From assembly GCF_055900595.2 (NCBI RefSeq), contig NZ_CM148325.1: 64,000 nucleotides of DNA. One strand, 5' to 3'. The position numbers were made by a program, and so were the translations under genes. The notes under the pieces are model-generated. The model was not told where the DNA came from. It worked only from the letters and a program-made list of their open reading frames with translations, and did not search any database. This document shows positions 11,866-23,343 of this stretch, one piece after another. Numbering within the stretch: the stretch's first letter is position 1; each line of letters opens with the position of its first letter.

Positions 11866-12882
11866 ATGAGTGCCCACTATTTTAATCCACAAGAGATGAT
11901 CAATAAGACAATCATCTTCGATGAAAGGCCAGAGGCGTCAGTGGCATCATCATTCCATGTTGCTTATGGCATTGATCAGAACTTTCTTTTTGGTTGTGGT
12001 GTTTCAATCACGTCAGTTTTGTTACATAACAACGACGTGAGTTTTGTCTTCCACGTTTTTATTGATGATATCCCTGACGCCGATATCCAGCGTTTATCCC
12101 AATTGGCGAAAAGCTATCATACCTGTATCCAGATCCATCTGGTAAATTGTGAACGGCTTAAGGTATTACCGACGACCAAAAATTGGTCTATTGCCATGTA
12201 TTTCCGTTTTGTAATTGCAGATTACTTTATTGATCAACAAGATAAGATCCTGTACCTGGATGCTGATATCGCCTGTCAGGGAACCTTAAAACCGCTGATA
12301 ACAATGGATCTTGCCAATAACGTTGCTGCTGTTGTTACTGAACGCGATGCTAACTGGTGGTCGTTACGGGCTCAAAGTCTGCAGTGTAATGAACTTGAAA
12401 AGGGTTACTTTAATTCAGGTGTCCTGTTAATTAATACACTAGCGTGGGCGCAGGAGTCCGTTTCTGCTAAAGCGATGTCGATGCTTGCTGATAAAGCCGT
12501 CGTTTCCCGTTTAACCTATATGGATCAAGATATACTAAATCTTATCCTGTTAGGGAAAGTTAAATTCATTGATGCTAAATACAATACGCAATTTAGTTTA
12601 AATTATGAATTAAAAAAATCATTTATTTGTCCAATTAATGATGAAACCGTATTAATTCATTATGTCGGCCCGACAAAACCTTGGCATTACTGGGCCGGTT
12701 ATCCAAGCGCGCAGCCATTTATCAAAGCCAAAGAAGCATCGCCATGGAAAAATGAACCGTTAATGCGGCCAATTAACTCAAATTATGCTCGTTATTGCGC
12801 TAAGCATAATTTTAAACAAAATAAACCAATTAACGGGATAATGAATTATATTTATTATTTTTATTTAAAGATAATAAAATGA
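11866..12882 (+). CDS. waaO: GT8-family LPS alpha-1,3-glycosyltransferase (outer core, WaaO/WaaI-like)
   Basis: GT8 hallmarks (YGIDQNFLFGCGVSI, YLDADI); first gene after waaP as in R1/R4 core loci. Symbol by synteny. Confidence 0.6.
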   Translation: MSAHYFNPQEMINKTIIFDERPEASVASSFHVAYGIDQNFLFGCGVSITSVLLHNNDVSFVFHVFIDDIPDADIQRLSQLAKSYHTCIQIHLVNCERLKVLPTTKNWSIAMYFRFVIADYFIDQQDKILYLDADIACQGTLKPLITMDLANNVAAVVTERDANWWSLRAQSLQCNELEKGYFNSGVLLINTLAWAQESVSAKAMSMLADKAVVSRLTYMDQDILNLILLGKVKFIDAKYNTQFSLNYELKKSFICPINDETVLIHYVGPTKPWHYWAGYPSAQPFIKAKEASPWKNEPLMRPINSNYARYCAKHNFKQNKPINGIMNYIYYFYLKIIK

Positions 12883-12898
12883 CATTGAGAAAAGTTAA

Positions 12899-13894
12899 AT
12901 GAATGAATTTATAAAAGAACGGTTTTCGTATTTAGCAGATAATAAAAAAGAAAACGTCCCAGAGCTAAATGTTTCCTACGGTATCGATAAGAATTTTTTG
13001 TATGGTGCTGGCGTTTCAATTTCTTCCGTTTTGATTAATAATTCAGATATTAATTTTGTCTTTCATGTTTTCACTGATTATGTGGATGATGATTATTTAA
13101 AGTCATTTGATGAAACAGCAAAACAATTTAATACCTCAATTATTGTATATTTAATTGACCCAAAATACTTTGCTGATCTGCCGACGTCACAGTTTTGGTC
13201 GTACGCGACATACTTCAGGGTATTGTCCTTTGAATATCTGAGTGAAAGTATTTCCACACTGCTGTATCTGGATGCCGATGTCGTTTGTAAAGGAAGTCTG
13301 AAACCTCTCACAAAAATTATATTTAAAGATGAGTTTGCTGCGGTTATTCCTGACAATGATAGTACTCAGGCGGCATGTGCAAAACGTCTTAACATTCCCG
13401 AAATGAATGGACGTTATTTCAATGCAGGCGTTATCTATGTCAATCTTAAAAAATGGCATGAAGCAAATTTGACACCGTATTTACTCACGCTTTTACGAGG
13501 GGAAACTAAATATGGCTCTCTTAAATATTTAGATCAGGATGCGTTGAATATCGCATTTAATATGAATAATATCTACCTCGCGAAGGATTTTGATACTATT
13601 TATACCCTGAAAAACGAACTTCATGATCGTAGTCATCGAAAGTATCAGCAAACCATTACCGATAAAACAGTATTGATTCACTATACAGGGATAACTAAAC
13701 CATGGCATAGCTGGGCTGGATATCCGTCTGCATCATACTTTAATATCGCGCGTGAACAATCTCCCTGGAAGAAATATCCTCTTAAAGAGGCGCGGACTGT
13801 TGCAGAAATGCAGAAACAATATAAGCATCTGTTTGCCCATGGTGAGTATATAAAAGGCATAACTTCATTAATTAAGTACAAGCTTAAGAAATAA
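12899..13894 (+). CDS. waaT: GT8-family LPS alpha-1,2-glycosyltransferase (outer core, WaaT/WaaJ-like)
   Basis: GT8 motifs (YGIDKNFLYGAGVSI, YLDADV); second GT8 before waaY. Symbol by synteny. Confidence 0.55.
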   Translation: MNEFIKERFSYLADNKKENVPELNVSYGIDKNFLYGAGVSISSVLINNSDINFVFHVFTDYVDDDYLKSFDETAKQFNTSIIVYLIDPKYFADLPTSQFWSYATYFRVLSFEYLSESISTLLYLDADVVCKGSLKPLTKIIFKDEFAAVIPDNDSTQAACAKRLNIPEMNGRYFNAGVIYVNLKKWHEANLTPYLLTLLRGETKYGSLKYLDQDALNIAFNMNNIYLAKDFDTIYTLKNELHDRSHRKYQQTITDKTVLIHYTGITKPWHSWAGYPSASYFNIAREQSPWKKYPLKEARTVAEMQKQYKHLFAHGEYIKGITSLIKYKLKK

Positions 13895-13903
13895 ATTACT
13901 CTT

Positions 13904-14596
13904 ATGATTACAAGTATACGTTATCGCGGCTTCTCATTTTATTACAAAGATAATGATAATAAATATAAAGAAATCTTTGATGAAATACTGGCCTATAATT
14001 TTAAAACAGTAAAAGTATTACGTAATATTGATGATACCAAAGTATCGTTGATTGATACGAAATATGGTCGCTATGTTTTTAAAGTCTTTGCTCCGAAAAC
14101 GAAAAGGAATGAACGTTTTTTAAAATCTTTTGTAAAAGGTGACTACTATCAGAATTTGATCGTTGAAACCGATCGTGTCAGAAGTGCAGGTCTTACTTTT
14201 CCTAATGATTTTTATTTTCTGGCTGAGCGTAAAATTTTCAACTATGCCAGTGTTTTTATCATGCTTATCGAGTATGTCGAGGGCGTAGAGCTCAATGATA
14301 TGCCGATTATTCCAGAAAATGTTAAAGCAGAAATTAAGGCTTCAATGGAAAAATTGCATGCCTTAAATATGCTATCGGGCGACCCACACCGGGGTAACTT
14401 TATCGTTAGTAAAGATGGTGTCAGGATAATTGACCTATCCGGTAAAAGCTGTACGGCAGAGCGTAAAGCTCGTGATCGTCTGGCCATGGAACGTCACCTG
14501 GGTATTGCCAACGAAATAAAAGATTATGGCTACTATTCAGTAATCTACAGAACCAAACTACGCAAATTTATTAAAAAATTAAAAGGCAAAGCGTAA
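13904..14596 (+). CDS. waaY: LPS core heptose(II) kinase WaaY
   Basis: 230 aa, MITSIRYRGFSFYYKDNDNKYKEIFDEILAYNFKTVKVLRN...; kinase-like with DPHRGNF motif. Confidence 0.85.
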   Translation: MITSIRYRGFSFYYKDNDNKYKEIFDEILAYNFKTVKVLRNIDDTKVSLIDTKYGRYVFKVFAPKTKRNERFLKSFVKGDYYQNLIVETDRVRSAGLTFPNDFYFLAERKIFNYASVFIMLIEYVEGVELNDMPIIPENVKAEIKASMEKLHALNMLSGDPHRGNFIVSKDGVRIIDLSGKSCTAERKARDRLAMERHLGIANEIKDYGYYSVIYRTKLRKFIKKLKGKA

Positions 14597-14621
14597 ACCA
14601 CACAGTCAAAACGGAACCAAC

Positions 14622-15650
14622 ATGGATTTATTAGCTGAGAGTATTACTGAAGTCGCTGTCTCTGGGGAAATTGCTAACACCGATCGTGTGTTAAATATCG
14701 CTTACGGTATTGACCGTAATTTTTTATTTGGTGCGGCAGTATCTATGCAATCAGTTGTTATGCATAACCCAGACCTTGCGGTTAAGTTTCATCTCTTTAC
14801 CGACTACATTGATGAAGATTATCTACAACGTGTTAACGCTTTTACCAGCAAAAATGCTAACGTTGAAGTAAGAATTTATAAAGTCTCCAGTGTCTTTATT
14901 GATATCTTCCCCAGCCTGAAACAGTGGTCTTATGCAACATTCTTCCGTTTAGTTGCGTTCCAGTATCTGAGTGAAACTATTGAAAATCTGTTATATATCG
15001 ATGCTGATGTCATCTGTAAAGGCTCATTAGCTGGATTGCTTGATATTAATTTTGATGGCGATAAATTCGCAGCTGTTATTAAAGATGTGCCTTTTATGCA
15101 GGAAAAACCAGCGAAGCGTCTGGCTATAGAGGGGCTTCCAGGGAATTATTTCAACGCCGGTGTAGTATATCTGCAGCTTGAAGCGTGGGCGAAAAATGAT
15201 TTTATGAATAAAGCCATTGCTATGCTGGCAAGTGACCCGCAGCACACGAAGTATAAATGCCTTGATCAGGATATTTTAAATATTCTGTTCTTTGGTCATT
15301 GTATTTTTATTAGCGGCGATTATGATTGCTTTTATGGCATTGACTATGAGTTAAAAAATAAAAGCGATGAAGATTATAAAAAGACCATTACCGATGATAC
15401 TAAGCTGATTCATTATGTTGGCGTAACGAAGCCCTGGAACGACTGGACGAATTATCCCTGCCAGAAGTATTTTAATGAGGCTTATCAAGCTTCTTGCTGG
15501 AATGATGTGGCGTTTATTCCAGCCACGAATGAAAAACAGTATCAAGTGAAATCCAGACATTTGAAAAGAAATGGTAATATTGCATCTTCATTTTACTATT
15601 TCATGCTCTATTATAGTAAGAAAATAGCGCGTAAGCATTTTTCCAAATAA
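14622..15650 (+). CDS. waaW: GT8-family LPS alpha-1,2-glycosyltransferase (WaaW-like)
   Basis: Third GT8 paralog (YGIDRNFLFGAAVSM, YIDADV) located after waaY as in R1/R4 loci. Confidence 0.5.
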   Translation: MDLLAESITEVAVSGEIANTDRVLNIAYGIDRNFLFGAAVSMQSVVMHNPDLAVKFHLFTDYIDEDYLQRVNAFTSKNANVEVRIYKVSSVFIDIFPSLKQWSYATFFRLVAFQYLSETIENLLYIDADVICKGSLAGLLDINFDGDKFAAVIKDVPFMQEKPAKRLAIEGLPGNYFNAGVVYLQLEAWAKNDFMNKAIAMLASDPQHTKYKCLDQDILNILFFGHCIFISGDYDCFYGIDYELKNKSDEDYKKTITDDTKLIHYVGVTKPWNDWTNYPCQKYFNEAYQASCWNDVAFIPATNEKQYQVKSRHLKRNGNIASSFYYFMLYYSKKIARKHFSK

Positions 15651-15681
15651 TTATTAAGACTAATCATCCAGGGATTTTTTA

Positions 15682-16455
15682 ATGAACTTGCCCATTTATA
15701 TTGTCTCACTTAAAAGAGATATTGAGCGAAGAAATAAAATAAATGATGTCTTTCATCGATTAAACATTAATTTTGATTTTTTTGATGCCATAGATGCTAA
15801 AGATCCTCAAAATAAAGAAATTATTAATGAAATGAGATTAAGTGGTGTCGGCGCAGAAATGACTGATGGAGAAATTGCTTGTACGTTAAGTCATCAGCTT
15901 ATATATCAGGATATGATAGATAAAAATATAGAATGGGCAGTCATTCTAGAGGACGATGTTATCGTCAATGAGAAATTTAAAAATTTCCTTCAATACTTTA
16001 ATCCTTCTGAAAAAGACAAGTTAAAATATAATAATTTGTATTTGCTTGGAGGTCAGAAAGGATTACATGATTATCCAGTATTGGGGCAAAGCCTTTTTAG
16101 TAAAGTTAAGGTAAGTACTTGTATTTTTCGTCGTGTTAATTTTAATAAAAATAAAATTCGTCGTACATGTTCATATTTGATGAATAACGATATGGCACTA
16201 AAGTTGCTCAAATTGACAAAGGATTATGGCACCTATCGAGCTGATAGCTGGAAGTTAATGCATCAACATAATATTATAAAAGATTTTTATTTAGACGAAA
16301 TAATATTACATCCTATTTTAAATGAGTTTAATAGTCACCTTGAAAGTGAAAGGCTTTTAATATCGGAAAAAAAACAACCCAGGACAAGGCTTCAGAAAAA
16401 AATGAAGTTTATACGTTCCTGGATAAAGGTGGCTTTTTTTTCTCTTTTGAAATGA
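15682..16455 (+). CDS. waaX: GT25-family beta-glycosyltransferase (Lic2A/LgtB-like); position of waaX (R4) or waaV (R1)
   Basis: N-terminus MNLPIYIVSLKRDIERRNKIN... resembles GT25 family; lies immediately before waaL. waaX preferred over waaV on remembered family assignment only. Confidence 0.45.
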   Translation: MNLPIYIVSLKRDIERRNKINDVFHRLNINFDFFDAIDAKDPQNKEIINEMRLSGVGAEMTDGEIACTLSHQLIYQDMIDKNIEWAVILEDDVIVNEKFKNFLQYFNPSEKDKLKYNNLYLLGGQKGLHDYPVLGQSLFSKVKVSTCIFRRVNFNKNKIRRTCSYLMNNDMALKLLKLTKDYGTYRADSWKLMHQHNIIKDFYLDEIILHPILNEFNSHLESERLLISEKKQPRTRLQKKMKFIRSWIKVAFFSLLK

Positions 16456-16489
16456 GATTGTTAATTTCAATTTATTGTGAGATATTAAC

Positions 16490-17743
16490 GTGGAAGTAAA
16501 AATTGAGCAATTTCGAAATAATAGCTGTAATTTTATTTTTTTATTATATTTAATCGGTTTGTTGTTTGTGCCAATTGATCTAAATATTACCACTAAAATA
16601 ATTAATGCTACAGGTGCATTTTCTCTTTTTTTATTAATTGTAAATAACAAGCATAATTATAATAAAAATATCATTATATTAATTCTTGGCTTACTTCTTT
16701 TGGGTGCAATGAACCTGATATGGTATGAGTTTTATAAAACAGAAGATGTAGTATATAGAAATGCTTATCGAGGCTATCTTGAGTCTGGAAAACTATTAGT
16801 ATTTAGCTCGTTGACATTTTTATTACTAAGTAAAAATAAATTCAGGCAAAATGAAAAGCTACATTTTATTTCAGCTATCTTAGTTCAAATAATCATGCTA
16901 TGTAGAGCATATTATCAAGGGATATATTTGCATGCAGACCGCATTCCCCTCTCCGCCATGAATGGGAATATTGGTCAGATGGGGGCAGCGACTATTGCGG
17001 CTTATGTGATTACATTCACTACTTTATATTCTTCAATTGTATTCATCAAAATGCAATCGAAATATAAATGGTTTCTATTTTATGCTAACTTTGCTTTAAG
17101 CTTTGCAGCAGTAATGATGACAGGAACGCGTGCGGCAATTTTCACATTCCCACTTATGATTATGGTCATATTATTTCTTCAGCATCGTGATCAAAAAGTG
17201 TTTTTATTTAAAGGATTGAGTGGTGTTTTTATATTGCTACTTGCTTGTGGTTTGATATTTAATAAGGAAATTGAGAGGCGAATTAATTCATTAAAAGCTG
17301 ATGTTATTTCATATGCTACAAAAAATAACAGTCAATCCTCGGTCGGAGCACGTTTTGCAATGGTTAATGCAGGAATTAAAGGAAGTCCTGATGGTTTTAA
17401 TTGGCAATCTCTTGAGCAGCGTGCTGAAAAGATAAAAGCATTAAGTGCAGAAAATAATATTTATAGTGGAGCTTTATTATTCCTTGATGTACATATGCAT
17501 AATGAAATTGTTGAAGCTCTTTCCACGAAAGGGAAAATTGGTCTTCTTGTTCTTATTATGTTCTATGTTGCAATGATCTACTACTGTATCCGGGAGAAAA
17601 AATATATACTTTTGGTTTTCCCTGCTTCTATTATGTTATTTGGCATTAGTGATGTCATTACGCATGCTAAACCAATACCGGCATCGTGGATTGTGTGCCT
17701 CTTCCTGTCTATATCGTTTTTGAGTAAAAAAGAACCACAATAA
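16490..17743 (+). CDS. waaL: O-antigen ligase WaaL
   Basis: 417-aa polytopic membrane protein, AT-rich, last gene of the waaQ operon; GTG start. Confidence 0.8.
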   Translation: MEVKIEQFRNNSCNFIFLLYLIGLLFVPIDLNITTKIINATGAFSLFLLIVNNKHNYNKNIIILILGLLLLGAMNLIWYEFYKTEDVVYRNAYRGYLESGKLLVFSSLTFLLLSKNKFRQNEKLHFISAILVQIIMLCRAYYQGIYLHADRIPLSAMNGNIGQMGAATIAAYVITFTTLYSSIVFIKMQSKYKWFLFYANFALSFAAVMMTGTRAAIFTFPLMIMVILFLQHRDQKVFLFKGLSGVFILLLACGLIFNKEIERRINSLKADVISYATKNNSQSSVGARFAMVNAGIKGSPDGFNWQSLEQRAEKIKALSAENNIYSGALLFLDVHMHNEIVEALSTKGKIGLLVLIMFYVAMIYYCIREKKYILLVFPASIMLFGISDVITHAKPIPASWIVCLFLSISFLSKKEPQ

Positions 17744-17758
17744 TAAAAACGTTGATTA

Positions 17759-17785
17759 AGTAAGTGGGTATAATGCCCACTTACT
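17759..17785. terminator. bidirectional terminator hairpin between convergent waaL and waaC
   Basis: Perfect 10-bp stem agtaagtggg / cccacttact with 7-nt loop, A/T-rich flanks. Confidence 0.6.
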
Positions 17786-17790
17786 ATTTA

Positions 17791-18750
17791 TTAAATCAAT
17801 GTAATTTCTTTATAAACAGCCGCTGCTTCTAAATTATTTAAACTCTTTAGCGGAGCCCTACAAACCATCTGATTCTTCCCATACCCGCCAATTAATCCCG
17901 GATCGGTTGGCCCATAAACCGTGATATTGGGTCTATCCAGTGCCGCCGTTAAATGGCTTAACCCCGTATCCACCGACACCACAAATTTAGCCCCCGCCAG
18001 CACACAAGCAACGCCTTCCAGACTCATCTTCGGCAATACGTCGACATAATCAAATCCTTCCGCCAGTCTTTTTGCCCGCTCTTCTTCATGCGGCGCGCCC
18101 CACGGAAGTTTAATGCGAATCCCTGAATCTGCCAGTAAACCAATCAACTCTCGCCAGTGTGCTTCCGGCCAGTGTTTATCATCACGGGTTGTTGCATGAA
18201 GAAATACGGCATATTCGCCAGCATCTGTCGGCAGGTTCGTCAGGAAATGCTGCGCAATGGCATAATCGCCCTGAGTCTGCGGTTTGCTGTAACCCAGACT
18301 TTTGGCAAACAGTTCGCGGGTGCGTTCTACGGCGTGCTGCTGTTTTGCAATATGATGCTTACGATTGTAAAACAGGCTGGCTAAGGGTTCGCGAGCGGTT
18401 TGCCAGTCCATTCCATGCTTTACGCCATGCGCCAGACGCGTCACCAGCGCCGCGCTTTTTACCAGCCCCTGAGCGTCGATAATTGCGTCATAGTTCTCTG
18501 CTTGTAGCGCTTCACGAAACGCTTTCCGTTCAGCTTTTATGGGGGCCGAGAACCAGGCTTTACGCCAGCGACGTATTGCCACAGGAATAACTCGCTCAAC
18601 GGCAGCGTGCCAGGAAGGAATCTGTGCGAACCCTTCTTCCACCACCCAGTCAAACTTAATCCCTGGGATTGCCTGCTGGGCATCAGTGAGTGCGGGCAGC
18701 GTATGGAGAACATCGCCCATCGACGATGTTTTAACGATCAGAACCCGCAT
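17791..18750 (-). CDS. waaC: LPS heptosyltransferase I
   Basis: 319 aa, MRVLIVKTSSMGDVLHTLPALTDAQQAIPG... Confidence 0.93.
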   Translation of the reverse strand: MRVLIVKTSSMGDVLHTLPALTDAQQAIPGIKFDWVVEEGFAQIPSWHAAVERVIPVAIRRWRKAWFSAPIKAERKAFREALQAENYDAIIDAQGLVKSAALVTRLAHGVKHGMDWQTAREPLASLFYNRKHHIAKQQHAVERTRELFAKSLGYSKPQTQGDYAIAQHFLTNLPTDAGEYAVFLHATTRDDKHWPEAHWRELIGLLADSGIRIKLPWGAPHEEERAKRLAEGFDYVDVLPKMSLEGVACVLAGAKFVVSVDTGLSHLTAALDRPNITVYGPTDPGLIGGYGKNQMVCRAPLKSLNNLEAAAVYKEITLI

Positions 18751-18753
18751 CCG

Positions 18754-19800
18754 TCAGGCTTCCTCTTGTAACAATAGCGCGTTGAGTTCTTCCAGTACGC
18801 GCTGGGGAGTAATGTCGATCAAGCTCTGGTGATAACCCTCCGCAGCGTCACCTTTACGCACTTTGTGATAGCCGGTAATCAGGCGGATCACGCGCGCTTT
18901 ATGGGATAGTGGCGGTGTGAAGTCCGGGCTACTCGGACCATACAGGGCAACCAGCGGACGATTGAGCGCCGCCGCAACGTGCATCAGGCCAGAATCGTTA
19001 GTGACAATGGCTTTACAGGCTGCAATCAGGATAACCGCTTGATCAAGCTGTGTTTCCCCCGCCAGGTTCCGGCACCATGCCTGCTGCTCGGTATTCAAAG
19101 CGGCAAGAATCTCATTGCCCGCTTCATGATCTTTCGCCGAGCCAAACAGAACCACCTGATAACCTTCATCAATCAGCTGCTTTGCCAGCTCCGCATAGTG
19201 GTAGTGTGGCCAGCGTTTTGCCGGACCAAACTCCGCTCCGGGGCAAAAGCCAATCATCGGACGTTCTGATGAGAGCGAAAATTGATTACAGGTATATGAT
19301 TTTTCACCTTCGCTCACCTGCAACTGCGGCCATAACAATGGCTGCGGCAGATCTTGTGCGGTACGCATAATGCCTTTGTCATAGGCTAGCGCGACATAGC
19401 GTTCCACCATTAGCGGCCAGGCTTCTTTATCGAGCACGCGTACATCGTTAAGTAAACCGTAGCGCATCTCGCCGCGCCAGCCGGTGCGATGAGGAATACC
19501 CGCGAAGAAAGGCACTAATGCGGACTTGAAGGAGTTGGGTAAGACGTAGGCGCGGTCGTAGCGCTTTTCACGCAGACTATGACCCAGTTTGCGGCGTTCG
19601 CCGATTTCCAGCGCTCCGTGACCGAGAGGCATAGGGATAGCTTCGTTAACTTCCGGCATCCGCGATAACAATGGACGGCACCATGCCGGTGCCATCACGT
19701 CGATTATCGCCTGGGGATAGCGCGCCTGGAGCGTGCGATAGAGACTTTGCGACATCATCATGTCGCCAACCCAAGACGGGCCGATCACCAGTATTTTCAT
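18754..19800 (-). CDS. waaF: LPS heptosyltransferase II
   Basis: 348 aa, MKILVIGPSWVGDMMMSQSLYRTLQARYPQ... Confidence 0.93.
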   Translation of the reverse strand: MKILVIGPSWVGDMMMSQSLYRTLQARYPQAIIDVMAPAWCRPLLSRMPEVNEAIPMPLGHGALEIGERRKLGHSLREKRYDRAYVLPNSFKSALVPFFAGIPHRTGWRGEMRYGLLNDVRVLDKEAWPLMVERYVALAYDKGIMRTAQDLPQPLLWPQLQVSEGEKSYTCNQFSLSSERPMIGFCPGAEFGPAKRWPHYHYAELAKQLIDEGYQVVLFGSAKDHEAGNEILAALNTEQQAWCRNLAGETQLDQAVILIAACKAIVTNDSGLMHVAAALNRPLVALYGPSSPDFTPPLSHKARVIRLITGYHKVRKGDAAEGYHQSLIDITPQRVLEELNALLLQEEA

Positions 19801-19809
19801 GCAGAGCTC

Positions 19810-20742
19810 TTATGCGTCGCGATTCAGCCAGGCCATATATTCCGTTACGCCTTCGGCAACGGTTTTGAACGGTTTATCGTAACCCGCCGCGCGCAGATTC
19901 GTCAGATCCGCCTGAGTGAATGCCTGATAGCGGCCTTTCAGTTTATCCGGGAACGGAATGTATTCGATCTGGCCTTTCTTGTGATAAGCAAGCGTAGCAT
20001 CCGCTACTGCCTGGAAGGATTCTGCACGACCGGTACCGAGGTTGAAGATGCCGGATACGCCATTTTCCAGGAACCACAGATTCACATCAGCCACGTCGCC
20101 CACATAGACGAAGTCACGTTTGAAGTTCTCGCTACCTTCGAACAGCTTCGGTGATTCACCGTTGTTAAGCTGAGTGTTGAGATGGAAAGCGACGCTCGCC
20201 ATGCTGCCTTTATGGCCTTCACGCGGTCCATAAACGTTGAAATAGCGGAAGCCAACAATCTGCGAGTTCGCTTCTGGCAGGATTTGGCGAACATATTCAT
20301 CAAACAGGAATTTTGAGTAACCGTAGACGTTCAACGGTTTTTCGTACTCGCGGGATTCAATAAAGTCGGAGGTGCGACCGCCGTAAGTGGCCGCGGAAGA
20401 GGCATACAGGAACGGGATTTCGCGTTCCAGACAGTAGTGCAGCAGCTCTTTGGAGTATTGATAGTTGTTATCCATCATATACTTGCCATCCCACTCGGTG
20501 GTGGAAGAGCACGCGCCTTCGTGGAAAATCGCTTCGACATCGCCGAACTCTTCGCCAGCCATAATCTGGATCAGGAAGTCTTCCTTATCCATATAGTCCG
20601 CGATATTCAGATCCACCAGGTTCACAAACTTGGTGCCGTCTTTCAGGTTGTCCACCACCAGAATATCGGTGATGCCTTTATCATTCAGGGCCTTAACGAT
20701 GTTGCTGCCGATAAAGCCCGCGCCGCCGGTAACGATGATCAT
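19810..20742 (-). CDS. hldD: ADP-L-glycero-D-manno-heptose 6-epimerase
   Basis: 310 aa, [33 protein letters not shown]... Confidence 0.95.
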
Positions 20743-20955
20743 AACTGTAACCTTCGAATTATGGAGTCAGAGACAATCTCAGACACGAATGCTTCTATCA
20801 TATCACTACACGGCGTTCGCTTCAGCCATTCGCCAAAAGTGAGATTGATGGACGTTATTTATCCTGAATTTTGCAGAAGTGTTAACGCGTCATCTCGTCG
20901 CAACCTATAAGTTTGGGTAATATGTGCTGGAATTTGCCCTGTCTGGAGAATCGCA

Positions 20956-22152
20956 ATGCGTGGAGAATTTTATCAGCAGTTAACCAACGATCTGGAAACC
21001 GCAAGGGCGGAAGGGTTGTTTAAAGAAGAGCGCATTATTACGTCTGCGCAACAAGCAGACATCACTGTGGCTGATGGAAGCCACGTCATTAACTTTTGTG
21101 CCAATAACTATCTCGGACTGGCGAATCATCCGGATCTGATTGCGGCGGCAAAGGCGGGAATGGATTCTCACGGTTTCGGCATGGCTTCGGTGCGTTTTAT
21201 TTGCGGCACTCAGGACAGCCATAAAGAGCTTGAACAAAAACTGGCGGCCTTCCTGGGGATGGAAGATGCGATTCTCTACTCTTCCTGCTTTGATGCTAAC
21301 GGTGGCCTGTTTGAAACGCTGCTGGGCGCGGAAGACGCCATTATCTCCGACGCACTGAACCACGCGTCTATTATTGATGGTGTGCGTCTGTGCAAAGCTA
21401 AACGCTATCGTTATGCCAACAACGATATGCAGGAGCTGGAAGCACGTCTGAAAGAAGCGCGTGAAGCCGGTGCGCGTCATATGCTGATTGCCACCGATGG
21501 TGTGTTCTCAATGGACGGCGTGATTGCCAACCTGAAAGGTGTTTGCGATCTCGCCGATAAATACGATGCGCTGGTGATGGTGGATGACTCTCACGCGGTC
21601 GGTTTTGTCGGTGAAAACGGTCGTGGCTCCCATGAATACTGCGATGTGATGGGCCGGGTCGATATTATCACCGGCACGCTCGGTAAAGCGCTGGGTGGCG
21701 CTTCTGGTGGTTATACCGCGGCGCGCAAAGAAGTGGTTGAGTGGCTGCGCCAGCGTTCTCGTCCGTACCTGTTCTCCAACTCGTTGGCACCGGCCATTGT
21801 TGCCGCTTCCATCAAAGTGCTGGAGATGGTTGAAGCGGGTAGCGAGCTGCGTGACCGTCTGTGGGCGAACGCGCGTCAGTTCCGTGAGCAAATGTCGGCG
21901 GCGGGCTTTACCCTGGCGGGTGCCGATCACGCCATTATTCCGGTCATGCTTGGCGATGCTGTAGTGGCGCAAAAATTTGCACGTGAACTGCAAAAAGAGG
22001 GCATTTACGTCACCGGTTTCTTCTATCCGGTCGTTCCTAAAGGTCAGGCGCGTATTCGTACCCAGATGTCTGCGGCGCATACCCCTGAGCAAATTACGCG
22101 TGCGGTAGAAGCGTTCACGCGTATTGGTAAACAACTGGGCGTAATCGCCTGA
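20956..22152 (+). CDS. kbl: 2-amino-3-ketobutyrate CoA ligase
   Basis: 398 aa, [38 protein letters not shown]... Confidence 0.95.
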   Translation: MRGEFYQQLTNDLETARAEGLFKEERIITSAQQADITVADGSHVINFCANNYLGLANHPDLIAAAKAGMDSHGFGMASVRFICGTQDSHKELEQKLAAFLGMEDAILYSSCFDANGGLFETLLGAEDAIISDALNHASIIDGVRLCKAKRYRYANNDMQELEARLKEAREAGARHMLIATDGVFSMDGVIANLKGVCDLADKYDALVMVDDSHAVGFVGENGRGSHEYCDVMGRVDIITGTLGKALGGASGGYTAARKEVVEWLRQRSRPYLFSNSLAPAIVAASIKVLEMVEAGSELRDRLWANARQFREQMSAAGFTLAGADHAIIPVMLGDAVVAQKFARELQKEGIYVTGFFYPVVPKGQARIRTQMSAAHTPEQITRAVEAFTRIGKQLGVIA

Positions 22153-22165
22153 GTGAGGATGTGAG

Positions 22166-23191
22166 ATGAAAGCGTTATCCAAACTGAAAGCGGAAGAGGG
22201 CATCTGGATGACCGACGTTCCTGAACCGGAACTCGGACATAACGATCTGCTGATTAAAATCCGTAAAACAGCCATCTGCGGGACTGACGTTCACATCTAT
22301 AACTGGGATGAGTGGTCGCAAAAAACCATCCCAGTACCGATGGTTGTAGGCCATGAATATGTCGGTGAGGTGGTTGGCATCGGTCAGGAAGTGAAAGGCT
22401 TCAAGATCGGCGATCGCGTTTCTGGCGAAGGCCATATCACTTGTGGTCATTGCCGCAACTGTCGTGGTGGCCGTACCCATTTGTGCCGCAACACGATAGG
22501 CGTTGGTGTTAATCGCCCGGGCTGCTTCGCCGAATATCTGGTGATCCCGGCATTCAACGCCTTCAAAATCCCCGACAATATCTCCGATGACTTAGCCGCA
22601 ATTTTCGACCCGTTCGGTAACGCCGTGCATACCGCGCTGTCGTTTGATCTGGTGGGCGAGGATGTGCTGGTCTCTGGTGCAGGCCCGATTGGTATTATGG
22701 CGGCGGCGGTGGCGAAACACGTTGGTGCACGTAACGTGGTGATTACTGATGTTAACGAATACCGCCTTGAGTTGGCGCGTAAAATGGGTATCACCCGTGC
22801 GGTTAACGTCGCTAAAGAGAACCTCAATGATGTGATGGCAGAACTGGGCATGACCGAAGGCTTTGATGTTGGTCTGGAAATGTCCGGTGCGCCGCCAGCG
22901 TTTCGTACAATGCTCGACACCATGAACCACGGCGGTCGCATTGCGATGCTGGGTATTCCGCCGTCTGATATGTCTATCGACTGGACCAAAGTGATCTTTA
23001 AGGGCTTGTTCATTAAAGGTATTTACGGTCGTGAGATGTTTGAAACCTGGTACAAGATGGCGGCGCTGATTCAGTCTGGCCTCGATCTCTCGCCGATCAT
23101 TACCCATCGTTTCTCTATCGATGATTTCCAGAAGGGCTTTGACGCTATGCGTTCGGGCCAGTCCGGGAAAGTTATTCTGAGCTGGGATTAA
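22166..23191 (+). CDS. tdh: L-threonine 3-dehydrogenase
   Basis: 341 aa, [43 protein letters not shown]... Confidence 0.95.
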   Translation: MKALSKLKAEEGIWMTDVPEPELGHNDLLIKIRKTAICGTDVHIYNWDEWSQKTIPVPMVVGHEYVGEVVGIGQEVKGFKIGDRVSGEGHITCGHCRNCRGGRTHLCRNTIGVGVNRPGCFAEYLVIPAFNAFKIPDNISDDLAAIFDPFGNAVHTALSFDLVGEDVLVSGAGPIGIMAAAVAKHVGARNVVITDVNEYRLELARKMGITRAVNVAKENLNDVMAELGMTEGFDVGLEMSGAPPAFRTMLDTMNHGGRIAMLGIPPSDMSIDWTKVIFKGLFIKGIYGREMFETWYKMAALIQSGLDLSPIITHRFSIDDFQKGFDAMRSGQSGKVILSWD

Positions 23192-23244
23192 CACGAACAA
23201 GGGCTGGAATACCAGCCCTTGAAGCTGATGGCAAACACAAAATT

Positions 23245-23343
<99 letters not shown>

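Noticed and set aside
21508-22275. 255-aa minus-strand ORF
   Set aside because: Antisense to kbl and the start of tdh; no domain signal.
22447-23200. 188-aa and 202-aa minus-strand ORFs
   Set aside because: Both antisense to tdh.
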